64,000 nucleotides of DNA from a virus: IMG/VR virus record IMGVR_UViG_3300050821_000645. The stretch is one strand, 5' to 3'. Below, in pieces: positions 9,760 to 19,902 of this stretch. The notes under the pieces are model-generated. The model saw nothing but the letters and a program-made list of their open reading frames with translations. It did no database searches and had not been told where the DNA came from. A program made the translations under genes and the position numbers. Each line of letters opens with the position of its first letter. Position 1 is the first letter of the stretch.

Positions 9760-10013
9760 CCCCAATGAAGCAAGAGGCCGCCGACTGGCAGGCCCGGCAC
9801 GACGCAGCCGCTAAGGACGCCAACGAGCGCCGACTGAGGCTGAACCAGATGTTCGGTGTGTCACTCAGCAACTACGACCTGGGGCACGCCAGGGGCCTAA
9901 GGGAGGGCCGTGACTCCTCCAACGCTTACGAGCAAGACTTCGCGTACCAGCACGAGGAGTACACGCGTGGGTACTGGGACGGTTACAAGCAAGGCGTCAA
10001 GGAGCAGAAATGA
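9756..10013 (+). CDS. hypothetical protein
   Basis: 85-aa ORF, ATGA coupling. Confidence 0.35.
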   Translation: MTPMKQEAADWQARHDAAAKDANERRLRLNQMFGVSLSNYDLGHARGLREGRDSSNAYEQDFAYQHEEYTRGYWDGYKQGVKEQK

Positions 10014-10285
10014 AGATCAAGTGCGGGCCCACGCAGGCCGAGATCGACAAGCGTGCGCACTCCGCTGCGCTGCGCAAGTGGGCCATTGGGCAGTGGCACG
10101 ACTTCTATCCAATATGGCCACGCCAGGTGGCCAAGGGTGACTGCCGGTGCTTTGAGTGGATAGAGCGCCGCTGGGTGCCGCAGGCCGAGCTTAACGAGCA
10201 ATGGCGGTTCGATGCAGATATCCGACAGTGGCGTGGCGATGCGCACTGGCAGTATAGGGTCAAGCATAGCAAGCTGGGTGGGTGA
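10010..10285 (+). CDS. hypothetical protein
   Basis: 91-aa ORF, ATGA coupling. Confidence 0.35.
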   Translation: MKIKCGPTQAEIDKRAHSAALRKWAIGQWHDFYPIWPRQVAKGDCRCFEWIERRWVPQAELNEQWRFDADIRQWRGDAHWQYRVKHSKLGG

Positions 10286-10503
10286 CTGCAGCGCCGCACC
10301 CGGAAGCGGGCTGGCAACTGGAGCAGATACCATGGGCGGTCTGCGGTGAAGGTTTCCAGCCTGCGGATCTAATGTGCTATACTGGTGATCCCAGTTAGCC
10401 TCAGGGCATACCCGATGGAACCACCGTTCTCTACCTCAACGCGCGTGATCGTGCTGCTGCTTGTGCTGATAATAGTCGTCAAGACGTTCGTGGGTAACCA
10501 CCT

Positions 10504-10716
10504 GTGAGCTACGATGAGGGTAGCGGCATCATTCAAGGTCCGTTCAAGGGCTGTGACTGCGTTAGCCATCACCAGCATGGGCCGCGCGGAATCGCTGGTT
10601 GCCCGGAATGCAATCCGCCCCGTCCATTCAGCGCGGTGTGCCGCAAGTGCGGCAAAGAGGACTGGCATGAGAATCCGGTAGAGGGCTTGTACTTCTGCGG
10701 GTACGGATGCACATGA
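10504..10716 (+). CDS. hypothetical Cys-rich protein
   Basis: 70-aa ORF with CPECN...CRKCG...CGYGC. Confidence 0.35.
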   Translation: MSYDEGSGIIQGPFKGCDCVSHHQHGPRGIAGCPECNPPRPFSAVCRKCGKEDWHENPVEGLYFCGYGCT

Positions 10717-10961
10717 GCGACCCCATGTTCTTCTGGACACACGGCCCATGGATTACCCGAGACATGAAGCGGTGTGTGCTCGCCGACGAGTACGAGAAGC
10801 TACTGAAGCACTGCGAGGCATTAGAGCGCGCAGGTGATGTGATCGCGCACGAGCTGACTTACACTGGGCACAAGGCTGAGCTGCAGCCATGGTGGGATCT
10901 TGCGAAGCGCCGTGGCGGTCACTGCTACGTGTGCAGCGGGGAGCCGGTTGGCAATGAGTGA
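10707..10961 (+). CDS. hypothetical protein
   Basis: 84-aa ORF. Confidence 0.35.
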   Translation: MHMSDPMFFWTHGPWITRDMKRCVLADEYEKLLKHCEALERAGDVIAHELTYTGHKAELQPWWDLAKRRGGHCYVCSGEPVGNE

Positions 10962-11124
10962 ACAACCTGAGTGCGAGTACTGCGGCGAGGACGGCACCGC
11001 CCGCTTCGAGGGTTTCAGTGTGTGCCAGGAGTGCGACACCAATCTGCGCCGGGCAGAGCGCGTCAGGCAAGCGCTAGATGATTCGTCATGGTTCGGGCAG
11101 CATGGGCAGGATCTAGATGAGTGA
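10954..11124 (+). CDS. zinc-ribbon protein
   Basis: internal Met start; CEYCG...CQEC. Confidence 0.35.
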   Translation: MSEQPECEYCGEDGTARFEGFSVCQECDTNLRRAERVRQALDDSSWFGQHGQDLDE

Positions 11125-11746
11125 TGAAGACGAAAACGCAGCAGGCATAAGCGACAACAGCCGCCGGTCCCGTGAGCAGCGCATAGCCGACTTCCTGGGC
11201 GTGGCCGGGCTGACGCTGAACGACATCATGAAGCCCATCCGTGAGGCCCCGCTTGTCGAGAGCGACGTGGTCACGGATGCTCACCGGGAGCTGGTGATCG
11301 ACCTCAAGGCGTCTGGCTGCAGCAACGAGGGCGTGGCCAAGTTCTTCAACATCAGCCTACAGAAGTGCCAGCGCCTATTCGACTGGGAGCTGACCAACGG
11401 CAGGCAGCTGCGCACGACCTCCGTGGTCCGTGGCCTGAGCGTGAACGCCATCCAGCTTGGGGATACCAGCGCACAGATCGGGTACCTCAAGAACCAGCCC
11501 CAGGAAGAGTGGGGCACCAAGCACAGCCAGAAGAACATCGAGGACGCGCCCCCTCACGAGGAGGAGCTGCAGCGCCTCAGTCAGAACGAGGCATTCATTG
11601 CGGGCATCACCGCCGGTCTGAGCGTAGATACCACCAAGTTCAAGAAGGCAGAGCCCAGGCCCCCTGCGGCATCCAAGGTGGCGACCAAGAAGCAGATCGG
11701 GTACAATACTGGGACAGTTCGCAAACCAAAAGGAGATCAGATATGA
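11117..11746 (+). CDS. hypothetical protein
   Basis: 209-aa ORF, acidic N-terminus. Confidence 0.45.
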   Translation: MSDEDENAAGISDNSRRSREQRIADFLGVAGLTLNDIMKPIREAPLVESDVVTDAHRELVIDLKASGCSNEGVAKFFNISLQKCQRLFDWELTNGRQLRTTSVVRGLSVNAIQLGDTSAQIGYLKNQPQEEWGTKHSQKNIEDAPPHEEELQRLSQNEAFIAGITAGLSVDTTKFKKAEPRPPAASKVATKKQIGYNTGTVRKPKGDQI

Positions 11747-12174
11747 ACAGATACCATACGGCTTTAGGTACTGGTGACGGCATCGAAGCCGGGCTAATGC
11801 GTCTCATTCCAGAGGAAGAGAATCACGGGCACTGGGTGCTGTACAAGGACGCGCAAGCTGAGATCAGCAAGTCGCATAAGAGTGCGGCATTTGCTTCTGT
11901 AGACCAGCTTGAGACGGAGTTCAAGCGTGGTTATGGTTTTGGGAAACAGGATGGTGCCAGAGAGGTAGCACAAGCTGCACAGGTAGCTGAGGACAGTAGT
12001 GACCGCAAGCGACTGCTGAACGAGCTGTACCACGACCGTGCGCGGCTGGAGCGTGCGGTTAAGGATGCGGTTGATCTGTGCGAGACCGCGATGCAGCTGG
12101 AGGAGACTACTCGCGATGACAGCGAGTACGTGCTCGGGTTGCTGCAGCAGTTCGTGGACACGCACAAGGCATGA
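11744..12174 (+). CDS. hypothetical protein
   Basis: ORF 11365..12174 trimmed to Met at MNRYHTALG following AAAAGGAGATCAGAT RBS. Confidence 0.4.
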
Positions 12175-12503
12175 GCGAGCCCCTGCTCACGGTGCTGTTC
12201 GATGGCGAGCCCATGCTCGAAGTGCTGGATGATGGGACCCATCGCACCGTGAGCGCGGGGGTGAACCAGGCCCGGATCAACGGATCCAAGCTGGATGTCG
12301 TCAACAAGCTGGGTAAGGAGCTGGTCGACCTGCGGCAGCAGCTGAAGTGTGCTACAATAAACCCTTACCGTGACGCTGCGCTATTGAAGCCAGCTGAGGT
12401 CATGAAAGAGATTCCTCGAAAGCACCGTGGCGCTCTCAGGGCGGCAGAGGTCGAGGCCGTACTGACAGCGATACACACAATTGCGAAGAGGAGCATTCAA
12501 TGA
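12171..12503 (+). CDS. hypothetical protein
   Basis: 110-aa ORF, ATGA coupling. Confidence 0.4.
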   Translation: MSEPLLTVLFDGEPMLEVLDDGTHRTVSAGVNQARINGSKLDVVNKLGKELVDLRQQLKCATINPYRDAALLKPAEVMKEIPRKHRGALRAAEVEAVLTAIHTIAKRSIQ

Positions 12504-12802
12504 GCACAGAGAACATCGACGGCGGCAAGCAGCCGTACCCGACAGACGAGAACGGCAGCTTCGAGGTGGCGCAGCCCAAGACCAGCCTGCCTAAGGTGTT
12601 CGCCATCCTGCTGGCGGTCAAGACCGTGCACCAGCAGGCCCCCACTGATGGGGAGCGTGTCGAGCTGCTGCAGTCCGTGATCCAGGGGCTGCTGGAGGTC
12701 CTGGACGCGAGCGGCGTAAAGCCAGACATGCAGGTGTTCGGGGCAACTGTGCTCGGCCTGTCTGCCATCCTGGCGGATGCTGGCGACAGGATCGGCGGCT
12801 GA
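12500..12802 (+). CDS. hypothetical protein
   Basis: 100-aa ORF, ATGA coupling. Confidence 0.4.
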   Translation: MSTENIDGGKQPYPTDENGSFEVAQPKTSLPKVFAILLAVKTVHQQAPTDGERVELLQSVIQGLLEVLDASGVKPDMQVFGATVLGLSAILADAGDRIGG

Positions 12803-13089
12803 TGAGCATCGACGTACAGGCCAGCAGGGACGCTGGCTTCAATGTGGAGTACATGCCCCCACCTCCGCCCGACTACCGGGCCACGCTTGAGCGCATATAC
12901 CATGTGCTCAGGGGTACGCAGACCGCATTGGCGAACCATGGCATGATAGCCGACCACCTGCGGGAGGCGGTGTACGAGGGCTGCATCAACGGTCTGGTGA
13001 CGCATCTTGCCGACATCGGGATCCAGGAGAGCCGTGTGGGCGTGATCCTGCACGCCGTCGACATTCAACGAGGGGTGATGGGCGTATGA
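12802..13089 (+). CDS. hypothetical protein
   Basis: 95-aa ORF. Confidence 0.4.
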   Translation: MSIDVQASRDAGFNVEYMPPPPPDYRATLERIYHVLRGTQTALANHGMIADHLREAVYEGCINGLVTHLADIGIQESRVGVILHAVDIQRGVMGV

Positions 13090-13165
13090 GGCGCATCTGG
13101 CCGGTCATAGTCGACAGCGCGCTGCTGGCTGTGGTAGGCTGGTTCCTGGTTACGTTACTGAGGAG

Positions 13166-13360
13166 TTGCCTGAGATGAGGAATGGATGGTTCGTGTTTGT
13201 TTACAACCCTAGTAATGGGGCGCGGTTCGCGATCACGGATGGCGTGAGCGAGCCTGTTATGGTGTTCAACACCTACGACGAAGCCAGGGATGCGGCCAGG
13301 CACACCCTGTTCGGTGAGACAGGGCACTACGAGATATACTCGACGGAGAGCGAGCAGTGA
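13166..13360 (+). CDS. hypothetical protein
   Basis: 64-aa ORF (start may be ATG 13175). Confidence 0.35.
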   Translation: MPEMRNGWFVFVYNPSNGARFAITDGVSEPVMVFNTYDEARDAARHTLFGETGHYEIYSTESEQ

Positions 13361-13668
13361 CAGCTATACAGCGATGGTTCTTCATTGATGATTCGCCGTA
13401 CCAGTCTGATGAGGACGATGCAGAGTTCATTACCCGTCACCATAAGGAAGAGTGGTGTAAAGCCAAGGACGTCGCAGAGCTTGAGAAGCTGCTAACGGCG
13501 TATATAGGAACAATCAAGGAGCTGAGATCAGCGAACGTTGCCCTGGCAATGGAGAGCCACAACAAGAGCATCGAGATCGAGCACCTGAAGCAGCACGTCG
13601 AGTCTATGGATGATGATGTTAATAATCTAACGTTGGACAGTGCATACGCGAAGGCGTGCGGATGCTAA
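13357..13668 (+). CDS. hypothetical protein
   Basis: 103-aa ORF. Confidence 0.4.
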   Translation: MTAIQRWFFIDDSPYQSDEDDAEFITRHHKEEWCKAKDVAELEKLLTAYIGTIKELRSANVALAMESHNKSIEIEHLKQHVESMDDDVNNLTLDSAYAKACGC

Positions 13669-14102
13669 CCCCCCAGGACGCGATCTACTACATCGGGCAG
13701 CGCTTTAACTGCCGCCAAGGCTACCCGGCTGGCAGCATTGACCAGGAGGGCTTGCACCGGTACGTGACCCTGGTAGCAAATGGTAAGGACGGTACCCGTG
13801 GTGCTGTGCTCATCAACGCGATGTCAGAGATAGCCGAGCGCATGAAGTTCCAGGTCACCGGGCGACCAGTGCTGCACTGGCGGTTCACGACCAAGGTCGA
13901 CGACTACGCCTACAGGGGGCAGCTGGTCACCCGTGTGTACATCGAGCAGTGCGACGACTATGGTAGACTAAGGGATGACAAGTGGTTACCGCCGTTTCCG
14001 CGACTCGCGTACAGCAGACCACACACGGCGCTGATAGAGCTTAGACCAGAGGCGAAAGCTGTTGTGTTTCCAGTACTTAAACCAGGACCAGAGGTGGCAT
14101 GA
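13656..14102 (+). CDS. hypothetical protein
   Basis: 148-aa ORF. Confidence 0.4.
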   Translation: MRMLTPQDAIYYIGQRFNCRQGYPAGSIDQEGLHRYVTLVANGKDGTRGAVLINAMSEIAERMKFQVTGRPVLHWRFTTKVDDYAYRGQLVTRVYIEQCDDYGRLRDDKWLPPFPRLAYSRPHTALIELRPEAKAVVFPVLKPGPEVA

Positions 14103-14356
14103 TGAGGACGCGAGTTCGTGAGTACTACAATTTCAGGCTGTGTAGGCCCCAGCTGCAGGTGCAGGGCTGGAAGGTGAACGAAAGCTTCTGGTGCGCTGGC
14201 AAGATGACAATATTGGAGCCCCACTGGGACAACCTGGGGCAGGAGTTCGACGTCGAGGACTACGAGAAGGCACGCCGTAACGCGTACCAGTATAGCCTAC
14301 CGGTGCTTGACTCAAAGGATCACGTGGTGTTCGAGGACGGCAAGGTAATATCATGA
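14099..14356 (+). CDS. hypothetical protein
   Basis: 85-aa ORF, ATGA coupling. Confidence 0.35.
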   Translation: MMRTRVREYYNFRLCRPQLQVQGWKVNESFWCAGKMTILEPHWDNLGQEFDVEDYEKARRNAYQYSLPVLDSKDHVVFEDGKVIS

Positions 14357-14772
14357 GCTTCAACAAGTTATACAACACCAAGAACCCCAACCAGGGCCCT
14401 GAGAAGCGAGTGCTGTGCCTGTGCTCAGCTGGCCTATTACGCAGCCCTACTGTGGCCTGGGTGCTAGGTAATGCGCCGTACGACTACAACACGCGCGCAG
14501 CTGGTACGAGTCACGAGTTCGCACTGGTGGGCGTGGACGAGTACCTGATATGCTGGGCCGACGAGATAGTGTGCGTTAGCTCACAGATCCACGAGAGGTT
14601 ACTTGCATATTGCAAGGAACACGAGATCGACCTGAGTGGCACACCAGTGGTTGTGCTGGACATCCCTGACATCTATCAGCGGCGTGCGCCCAAGCTGGTG
14701 GCGCTCATCGAGAAGCAGTACCAGGAGTACCAGCATGCTGAGCCCGAGATGATTGCGAGAGAGGCGCAATGA
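14353..14772 (+). CDS. low-molecular-weight protein-tyrosine phosphatase / ArsC-like phosphatase
   Basis: P-loop RVLCLCSAGLLRSP matches the C-X5-R-S/T signature (compare VLFVCLGNICRSP of LMW-PTPs); 139 aa. Confidence 0.6.
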   Translation: MSFNKLYNTKNPNQGPEKRVLCLCSAGLLRSPTVAWVLGNAPYDYNTRAAGTSHEFALVGVDEYLICWADEIVCVSSQIHERLLAYCKEHEIDLSGTPVVVLDIPDIYQRRAPKLVALIEKQYQEYQHAEPEMIAREAQ

Positions 14773-15056
14773 GCGAGGGATTAACGGATACCCAGATACT
14801 GGATGGCGTGATAGCCGAGCTGAAGTGGCATGTGCAGTACATGCAGCCCCTTAGCCCGCTGGCGGCCCGTGAGTGGCTGGACGAGATCCATAAGGATCGG
14901 TACCCGTTGCGGCTGGCGCACGGCATGCTGCAGTCACCATACAAGAAGGGCGGCCCGTACGACGGTGACGTGTACTGGATGGGAGATGACGGGTTCCACG
15001 TGAAACAGACTGAGCGACGCGGTGACGATGATGAGTGCAAGCATCAGACGTCCTAG
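14769..15056 (+). CDS. hypothetical protein (position compatible with a small terminase subunit, unproven)
   Basis: 95-aa ORF immediately upstream of and overlapping the large-terminase gene. Confidence 0.35.
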   Translation: MSEGLTDTQILDGVIAELKWHVQYMQPLSPLAAREWLDEIHKDRYPLRLAHGMLQSPYKKGGPYDGDVYWMGDDGFHVKQTERRGDDDECKHQTS

Positions 15057-16600
15057 AGATAGCGCTACGCCAAGGGTTTACCCGTGACCAAGCAGCCGCA
15101 GCCCTTAGATCCCTTGACGACAGCCAGGTCACCAGGCTCGCCTGGGCGTGCCGATGGGCAGAGACCAGGCACGAGCACCAGGTCGTTCCAGCGGACGTGG
15201 ATGGGACGCCCTGGTCCGTGTGGCTCATTCTTGGTGGAAGAGGTGCGGGAAAGACTCGTGTTGGTGCCGAGTGGATCGGTATGGGCGCCGCCACAACGGG
15301 CAAGGACAGGAATGGCAAGCACTTCCGTGGCCTTGTGGCTGCTCCTACATCGAACGACCTACGGAACACCTGCTTCGAGGGCGAATCCGGCCTAATCAGC
15401 ATCATACCGACGTCGCTGGTTAAGGACTACAACATCAGCCAGCACAAGATCACGCTGCATAACGGCAGCATCTTGGGAGGTATAAGTGCAGAGAAATCAA
15501 CAAGATTCAGAGGACCCCAGTGGCACAAAGCATGGTGCGATGAGCTTGCGGCTTGGGGTGATAACGGGCGAGATCCGCAGGACGCATGGGATACCATGGC
15601 GCTGTCTGTCCGGCTCGGTGATGACACACGCATCCTGGCGACGACTACTCCTCGCCCTCTACCACACATCAAGTCCCTACTCAATGATAAATCTACGGTG
15701 GTCACCACTGCGTCAACGTACGTCAACCTTAGCAACCTCTCCGGCGAGTTCGCTAAGCGTATCCTCAAGTACGAGGGTACCAAGATCGGCCGACAGGAGA
15801 TCCATGCCGAGCTGATAGATAGCGAGGAGGGCGGGATTGTGCAGCGCAGTCAACTGCGCAAGTGGCCGTCCGATAAGCCGTTCCCAGAGTTACACTACAT
15901 CGTCATGAGCTTAGACACTGCCTTCAGTGAGGAGAGCTATGACGAGAAGACCAAGGAGACCGACCCGAGCGCGTGCAGCGTCTGGGGTGGGTTTATCCAC
16001 CAGGGCAAGCCGGGCATCATGCTGCTCGACTGCTGGGCAGAGAAGCTTGGCTTCCCAGACCTAGTGGACACCGTCATCAAGGAGAAGGCGATCAAGTACG
16101 GTAAGATCGACGCACCACTGGTGAAGATGCCGATGATAAACGGCAGGCGGCAGACGCCAACCCGGCAGGGCAAGAAGATCGATCTCATCGTGATCGAGGA
16201 GAAGGCCAGCGGTAAGTCGTTGATCCAGCAGCTGGCAAAGGAGAAGATACTGACATGGCCCTACAACCCAGGTAAGGCTAGTAAGCTCACCAGGCTGCAT
16301 GTGGTATCATACTTGCCTGCCCGTGGAACTATCTGGATACCCGAGTCTGTCCAGAACCCGGGGCAGTTCACCACCTGGGCCGAGCCATTGCTTGAGCAGC
16401 TATGCAGCTACTCGGGTGAGGGCACGACGCTGCACGATGACCTGCTGGATACAACCACGCAGGCATGGCGCGTCATCGAGGACCAGTGGCTACGCGAGGC
16501 AGAGGCCCGCCTGGCCAAGCAGCGCCTCGCCCAGCACTCTGGCGAGGACGACACCGGTCGCATCCCACGAACCGCTCCCACGAACCCCTACGGCGTTTAA
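15035..16600 (+). CDS. terminase large subunit
   Basis: 521 aa; Walker A-like GGRGAGKTRVGAEW near N-terminus, acidic ATPase/nuclease-type motifs downstream; immediately precedes portal gene. Confidence 0.8.
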   Translation: MQASDVLEIALRQGFTRDQAAAALRSLDDSQVTRLAWACRWAETRHEHQVVPADVDGTPWSVWLILGGRGAGKTRVGAEWIGMGAATTGKDRNGKHFRGLVAAPTSNDLRNTCFEGESGLISIIPTSLVKDYNISQHKITLHNGSILGGISAEKSTRFRGPQWHKAWCDELAAWGDNGRDPQDAWDTMALSVRLGDDTRILATTTPRPLPHIKSLLNDKSTVVTTASTYVNLSNLSGEFAKRILKYEGTKIGRQEIHAELIDSEEGGIVQRSQLRKWPSDKPFPELHYIVMSLDTAFSEESYDEKTKETDPSACSVWGGFIHQGKPGIMLLDCWAEKLGFPDLVDTVIKEKAIKYGKIDAPLVKMPMINGRRQTPTRQGKKIDLIVIEEKASGKSLIQQLAKEKILTWPYNPGKASKLTRLHVVSYLPARGTIWIPESVQNPGQFTTWAEPLLEQLCSYSGEGTTLHDDLLDTTTQAWRVIEDQWLREAEARLAKQRLAQHSGEDDTGRIPRTAPTNPYGV

Positions 16601-19258
16601 ATGGCATCCAAGAAAACAATCAAGAAGCGTCGTAAGGCTAATCGCGGTGCTGCGCCCAATGGGTACGAGTCTCGTGACCTGAGTGCCATGAACCCGGACA
16701 ACCCTGACGCACCAGAGGCGCCGGATGTTGCCGAGGATGCGCGCGAGGAGAGCGTCGGCATCACCCCTGATGACGCCAGCACCAAGGAGATGCCTGACGG
16801 TGGAGCGATCATCACGCTGTCGGATGCCAAGGACACCAAGAAGTCGCTGGAGTTCTACGACAACCTTGCTGAGGACATGGACGAGTCCATGCTCAACAAG
16901 ATCGCCACCGACCTCGACGACCTGATCGATAAGGACATCGAGGCCCGTAAGCAGCGCGACCAGCAGTACGAGGAGGGCCTGAAGCGCACCGGTCTGGGTA
17001 ATGACGCCCCCGGCGGCGCAACCTTCGAGGGCGCATCCAAGGTAGTGCACCCGCTACTCCTGGAGGTCCACATCGACTTCGCGGCCCGCAGCATCAAGGA
17101 GCTGTGGCCAGCCGAGGGCCCGGTGAAGGACAAGATCGTTGGCCAGGTGACATCCAAGAAGGAGTCTAAGGCCAAGCGCAAGGTCCAGTACATGAACTGG
17201 ATGCTCACCGAGAAGTTACCCAGCGTCAGGTACGAGCTGGAGCAGATCCTGACCCAGGTGCCGTTTGGCGTGGCGTACTCCAAGTGGTGGCAGGACCAGC
17301 GCCGCAAGACCCCGGTGCACGAGCCCGTGTGGATGGACGAGATCATTCTGCCGTACGGCGCCACGGACTACTACAAGTCCGACCGTAAGACGCACGTCCT
17401 CAAGATCAACGAGTTCACGTTCAATGACCGTGTGCGCAGCGGCATGTACCGCGACATCAGCGCAACTAAGATCGTCACCACGCCAGACAAGACACTGGCC
17501 GAGCAGGCTAACGACAAGATCGAGGGCAAGGAACAGTCCAGCTACAACGAGGACGGGCTGCGCACCATATACGAGGTCGATGTACAGTACCTGCTGCCGG
17601 ATGACGAGCGAGGGATAACCGATGTCGATGACACTGAAGAAGGCCCGTCTCCTTACCTCATCACTATTGACGAGAGCAGCAAGAAGGTTCTCTCGATATA
17701 CCGGAACTGGGATGAGAGTGACGTTAACCGTGACGCACTGGTGCATACAATCGCTTGGCCGTTCCTTCCGTGGCGCGGTGCGATGCCTCTTGGTACCCCT
17801 CAGATCCTTGGTGGAATCGCCGCTGCGGCTACTGGTGCCCTTCGTGCTCTGCTTGACAGTGCCCATATTAATAATTTTCCTGGTGGCATGCACCTTAAGA
17901 GTGGCCCTGTGGGGGGTCAGTCTGTTCGCATCGCAGCTGGTCAGACGAATGAGATAGAGGGCGGGGTGATGCAGGACGACATCCGTAAGGCTTTCATGCC
18001 TACGCCTGTCAACCCCACGTCACCGACTCTGTTCGAGCTGCTTGGCTTCCTGGTCGACGCCGGGCACGAGCTTGTCAAGACCACCATGGACGAGGCGAAC
18101 GACAACGCCAACGTACCGGTTGGCACGACCATGGCCCGCATCGAGCAGGGCATGGTTGTATTCAGCGCGATACACAGCCGGTTGCACAACGCAATGGGCA
18201 AGTGGCTCAAGGTGCTGCACCGTCTGCTCGCTACCTACCTGGACGACAAGCAGGTGCTGGAGGAGACCGGGGAGCAGATGTGCTTCAAGGATGACTTCGA
18301 CAGCCCGAACGACGTCATCCCGGTAAGTGACCCAGAGATCTTCAGCGAGCTGCAGCGCATCAGCCAGATGCAAGCAATCGCCCAGCGGGCCACGCTGCGC
18401 CCAGACCTGTACGACTCTCACAAGGTCGAGCAGGGCATCCTCAAGATGATGAAGGTTAAGGATCCCGAGCAGTACCTCAAGCCAGAGCCAGCGCCCAAGG
18501 CCGAGCATGCGATCAACGAGAACATCGCCGCCGCGCTTGGTCAGCCGATAACTGCATTCCCAGACCAGGACCATCTGGCGCACATCCAGTGCCATCTTGC
18601 GTTCATCGAGGACCCGATGTTCGGCGCCAACCCGCTGATGGCGCCCCAGGCCATACCCGCTATCCTGCAGAACGTGAAGGAGCACATGCTGTTCTACTAC
18701 GGGATGCAGATATTCGCGACAGCCCAGGGTGCGCTCAAGAAGGGTGACCTCAATGAGCTGCGTGCGATTAATGACCCGGCGGTCAAGAGCGCATTCGACC
18801 AGCTGCTGGCGGCAGCCAGTCAGCACACGCACCCGCAGATGCAGAAGGACTTCTCTGGCGTGCCAGCTGTCATCTCCAAGGCGCAGGCCATGCTCAAGCA
18901 GTTCACGCCGCCGACGCCCATGGATCCGAGCGTGGTTGCCCAGCAGAAGGTTCAGGCCGACAGCCAGAACAACCAGGCCAAGAACCAGACCGCTGCGCAG
19001 GCGCTGCAGCAGAAGGCCCAGGTCGATGCGCAGACGCTTGCCCTCAAGCAGGCTGAGCTAGCGCAGAACGCCACACTGGCGGATGGCACCAATCAGACCA
19101 AGCTGCAGGTAGCATCTGGCAGCGACCAGACCAAGATCCAGACCACGACCGAAGATAATAACACCGCAATGGAAATTGCGGCTGCCGAGATCGAGGCTGG
19201 CAAGAAGAGCAATGTCACCGATGGCAAGGGCATCGGCGGCAAGCCCCGTATTTCGTAA
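16601..19258 (+). CDS. portal protein (long form with Q/A-rich C-terminal extension)
   Basis: 885 aa directly after terminase; size and position typical of a portal; C-terminal 150 aa is a Gln/Ala/Lys-rich predicted helical tail. Confidence 0.65.
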   Translation: MASKKTIKKRRKANRGAAPNGYESRDLSAMNPDNPDAPEAPDVAEDAREESVGITPDDASTKEMPDGGAIITLSDAKDTKKSLEFYDNLAEDMDESMLNKIATDLDDLIDKDIEARKQRDQQYEEGLKRTGLGNDAPGGATFEGASKVVHPLLLEVHIDFAARSIKELWPAEGPVKDKIVGQVTSKKESKAKRKVQYMNWMLTEKLPSVRYELEQILTQVPFGVAYSKWWQDQRRKTPVHEPVWMDEIILPYGATDYYKSDRKTHVLKINEFTFNDRVRSGMYRDISATKIVTTPDKTLAEQANDKIEGKEQSSYNEDGLRTIYEVDVQYLLPDDERGITDVDDTEEGPSPYLITIDESSKKVLSIYRNWDESDVNRDALVHTIAWPFLPWRGAMPLGTPQILGGIAAAATGALRALLDSAHINNFPGGMHLKSGPVGGQSVRIAAGQTNEIEGGVMQDDIRKAFMPTPVNPTSPTLFELLGFLVDAGHELVKTTMDEANDNANVPVGTTMARIEQGMVVFSAIHSRLHNAMGKWLKVLHRLLATYLDDKQVLEETGEQMCFKDDFDSPNDVIPVSDPEIFSELQRISQMQAIAQRATLRPDLYDSHKVEQGILKMMKVKDPEQYLKPEPAPKAEHAINENIAAALGQPITAFPDQDHLAHIQCHLAFIEDPMFGANPLMAPQAIPAILQNVKEHMLFYYGMQIFATAQGALKKGDLNELRAINDPAVKSAFDQLLAAASQHTHPQMQKDFSGVPAVISKAQAMLKQFTPPTPMDPSVVAQQKVQADSQNNQAKNQTAAQALQQKAQVDAQTLALKQAELAQNATLADGTNQTKLQVASGSDQTKIQTTTEDNNTAMEIAAAEIEAGKKSNVTDGKGIGGKPRIS

Positions 19259-19454
19259 TCACAGGAGACCACAGTGTCCAACGTAGCAGACCGAGAGAAT
19301 AACCCCAACAAGGGCAAGTCAGAGACCACCGACAGCAAACTGATCGGGCCCCGTCAAGAGTACCGTCGCACCGGGCGCGCACCAGACGCCGCTGACGCGT
19401 TCGCGACCGGCAAGGGTGGCGAAGGCAAGCCCAGCACACCGTACCGGTACTGAT

Positions 19455-19727
19455 ATGCTGGAGTACACGACCGGCGGCTGCGGAGCCGTTAGCGCAGCGG
19501 CAGCGCTCACGCGCCTCACGCCAGTCAACCAGGGATGGAGCTGCCCGAAGTGTGGCAGCGCTCACGCGCCTCACGTGCAGACCTGCCCGCAGAGCAGCTG
19601 GGGACATAACTACCCGCTGCCGCCAGCGTGCTCGCCGTACACGGTAACGTGCGGCAGTCAGCAGGCGCAGGCGCTGTGCGGCTCCGCTGAGATGAGCCAC
19701 CAAGGGGTAATCGGCAGTGCCAAGTAG
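19455..19727 (+). CDS. hypothetical Cys-rich protein
   Basis: CPKCGSAH...CPQ...C; internal Met start. Confidence 0.35.
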   Translation: MLEYTTGGCGAVSAAAALTRLTPVNQGWSCPKCGSAHAPHVQTCPQSSWGHNYPLPPACSPYTVTCGSQQAQALCGSAEMSHQGVIGSAK

Positions 19728-19902
19728 CAGTAAGCAGCAGGCGAAGACGATGCGCGCCATAGCGCACGGCTGGCAGCCGACGGGTGCCGCAGCCAAGATC
19801 CCGGTGAGCGTCGCCAAGGACTTCGAGGCAGCTGACAAGAAGGTCGGCAAGTACGAACACAAAGCAAAGGGCGGCAAATGCAGCACACCACATCCATGGT
19901 AG
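19717..19902 (+). CDS. hypothetical basic protein
   Basis: 61-aa Lys-rich ORF. Confidence 0.35.
   Translation: MPSSSKQQAKTMRAIAHGWQPTGAAAKIPVSVAKDFEAADKKVGKYEHKAKGGKCSTPHPW

Noticed and set aside
17216-18832. Minus-strand ORFs (225 aa and 270 aa) inside the portal gene
   Set aside because: Antisense to a well-supported 885-aa gene. Composition typical of GC-rich shadow ORFs.
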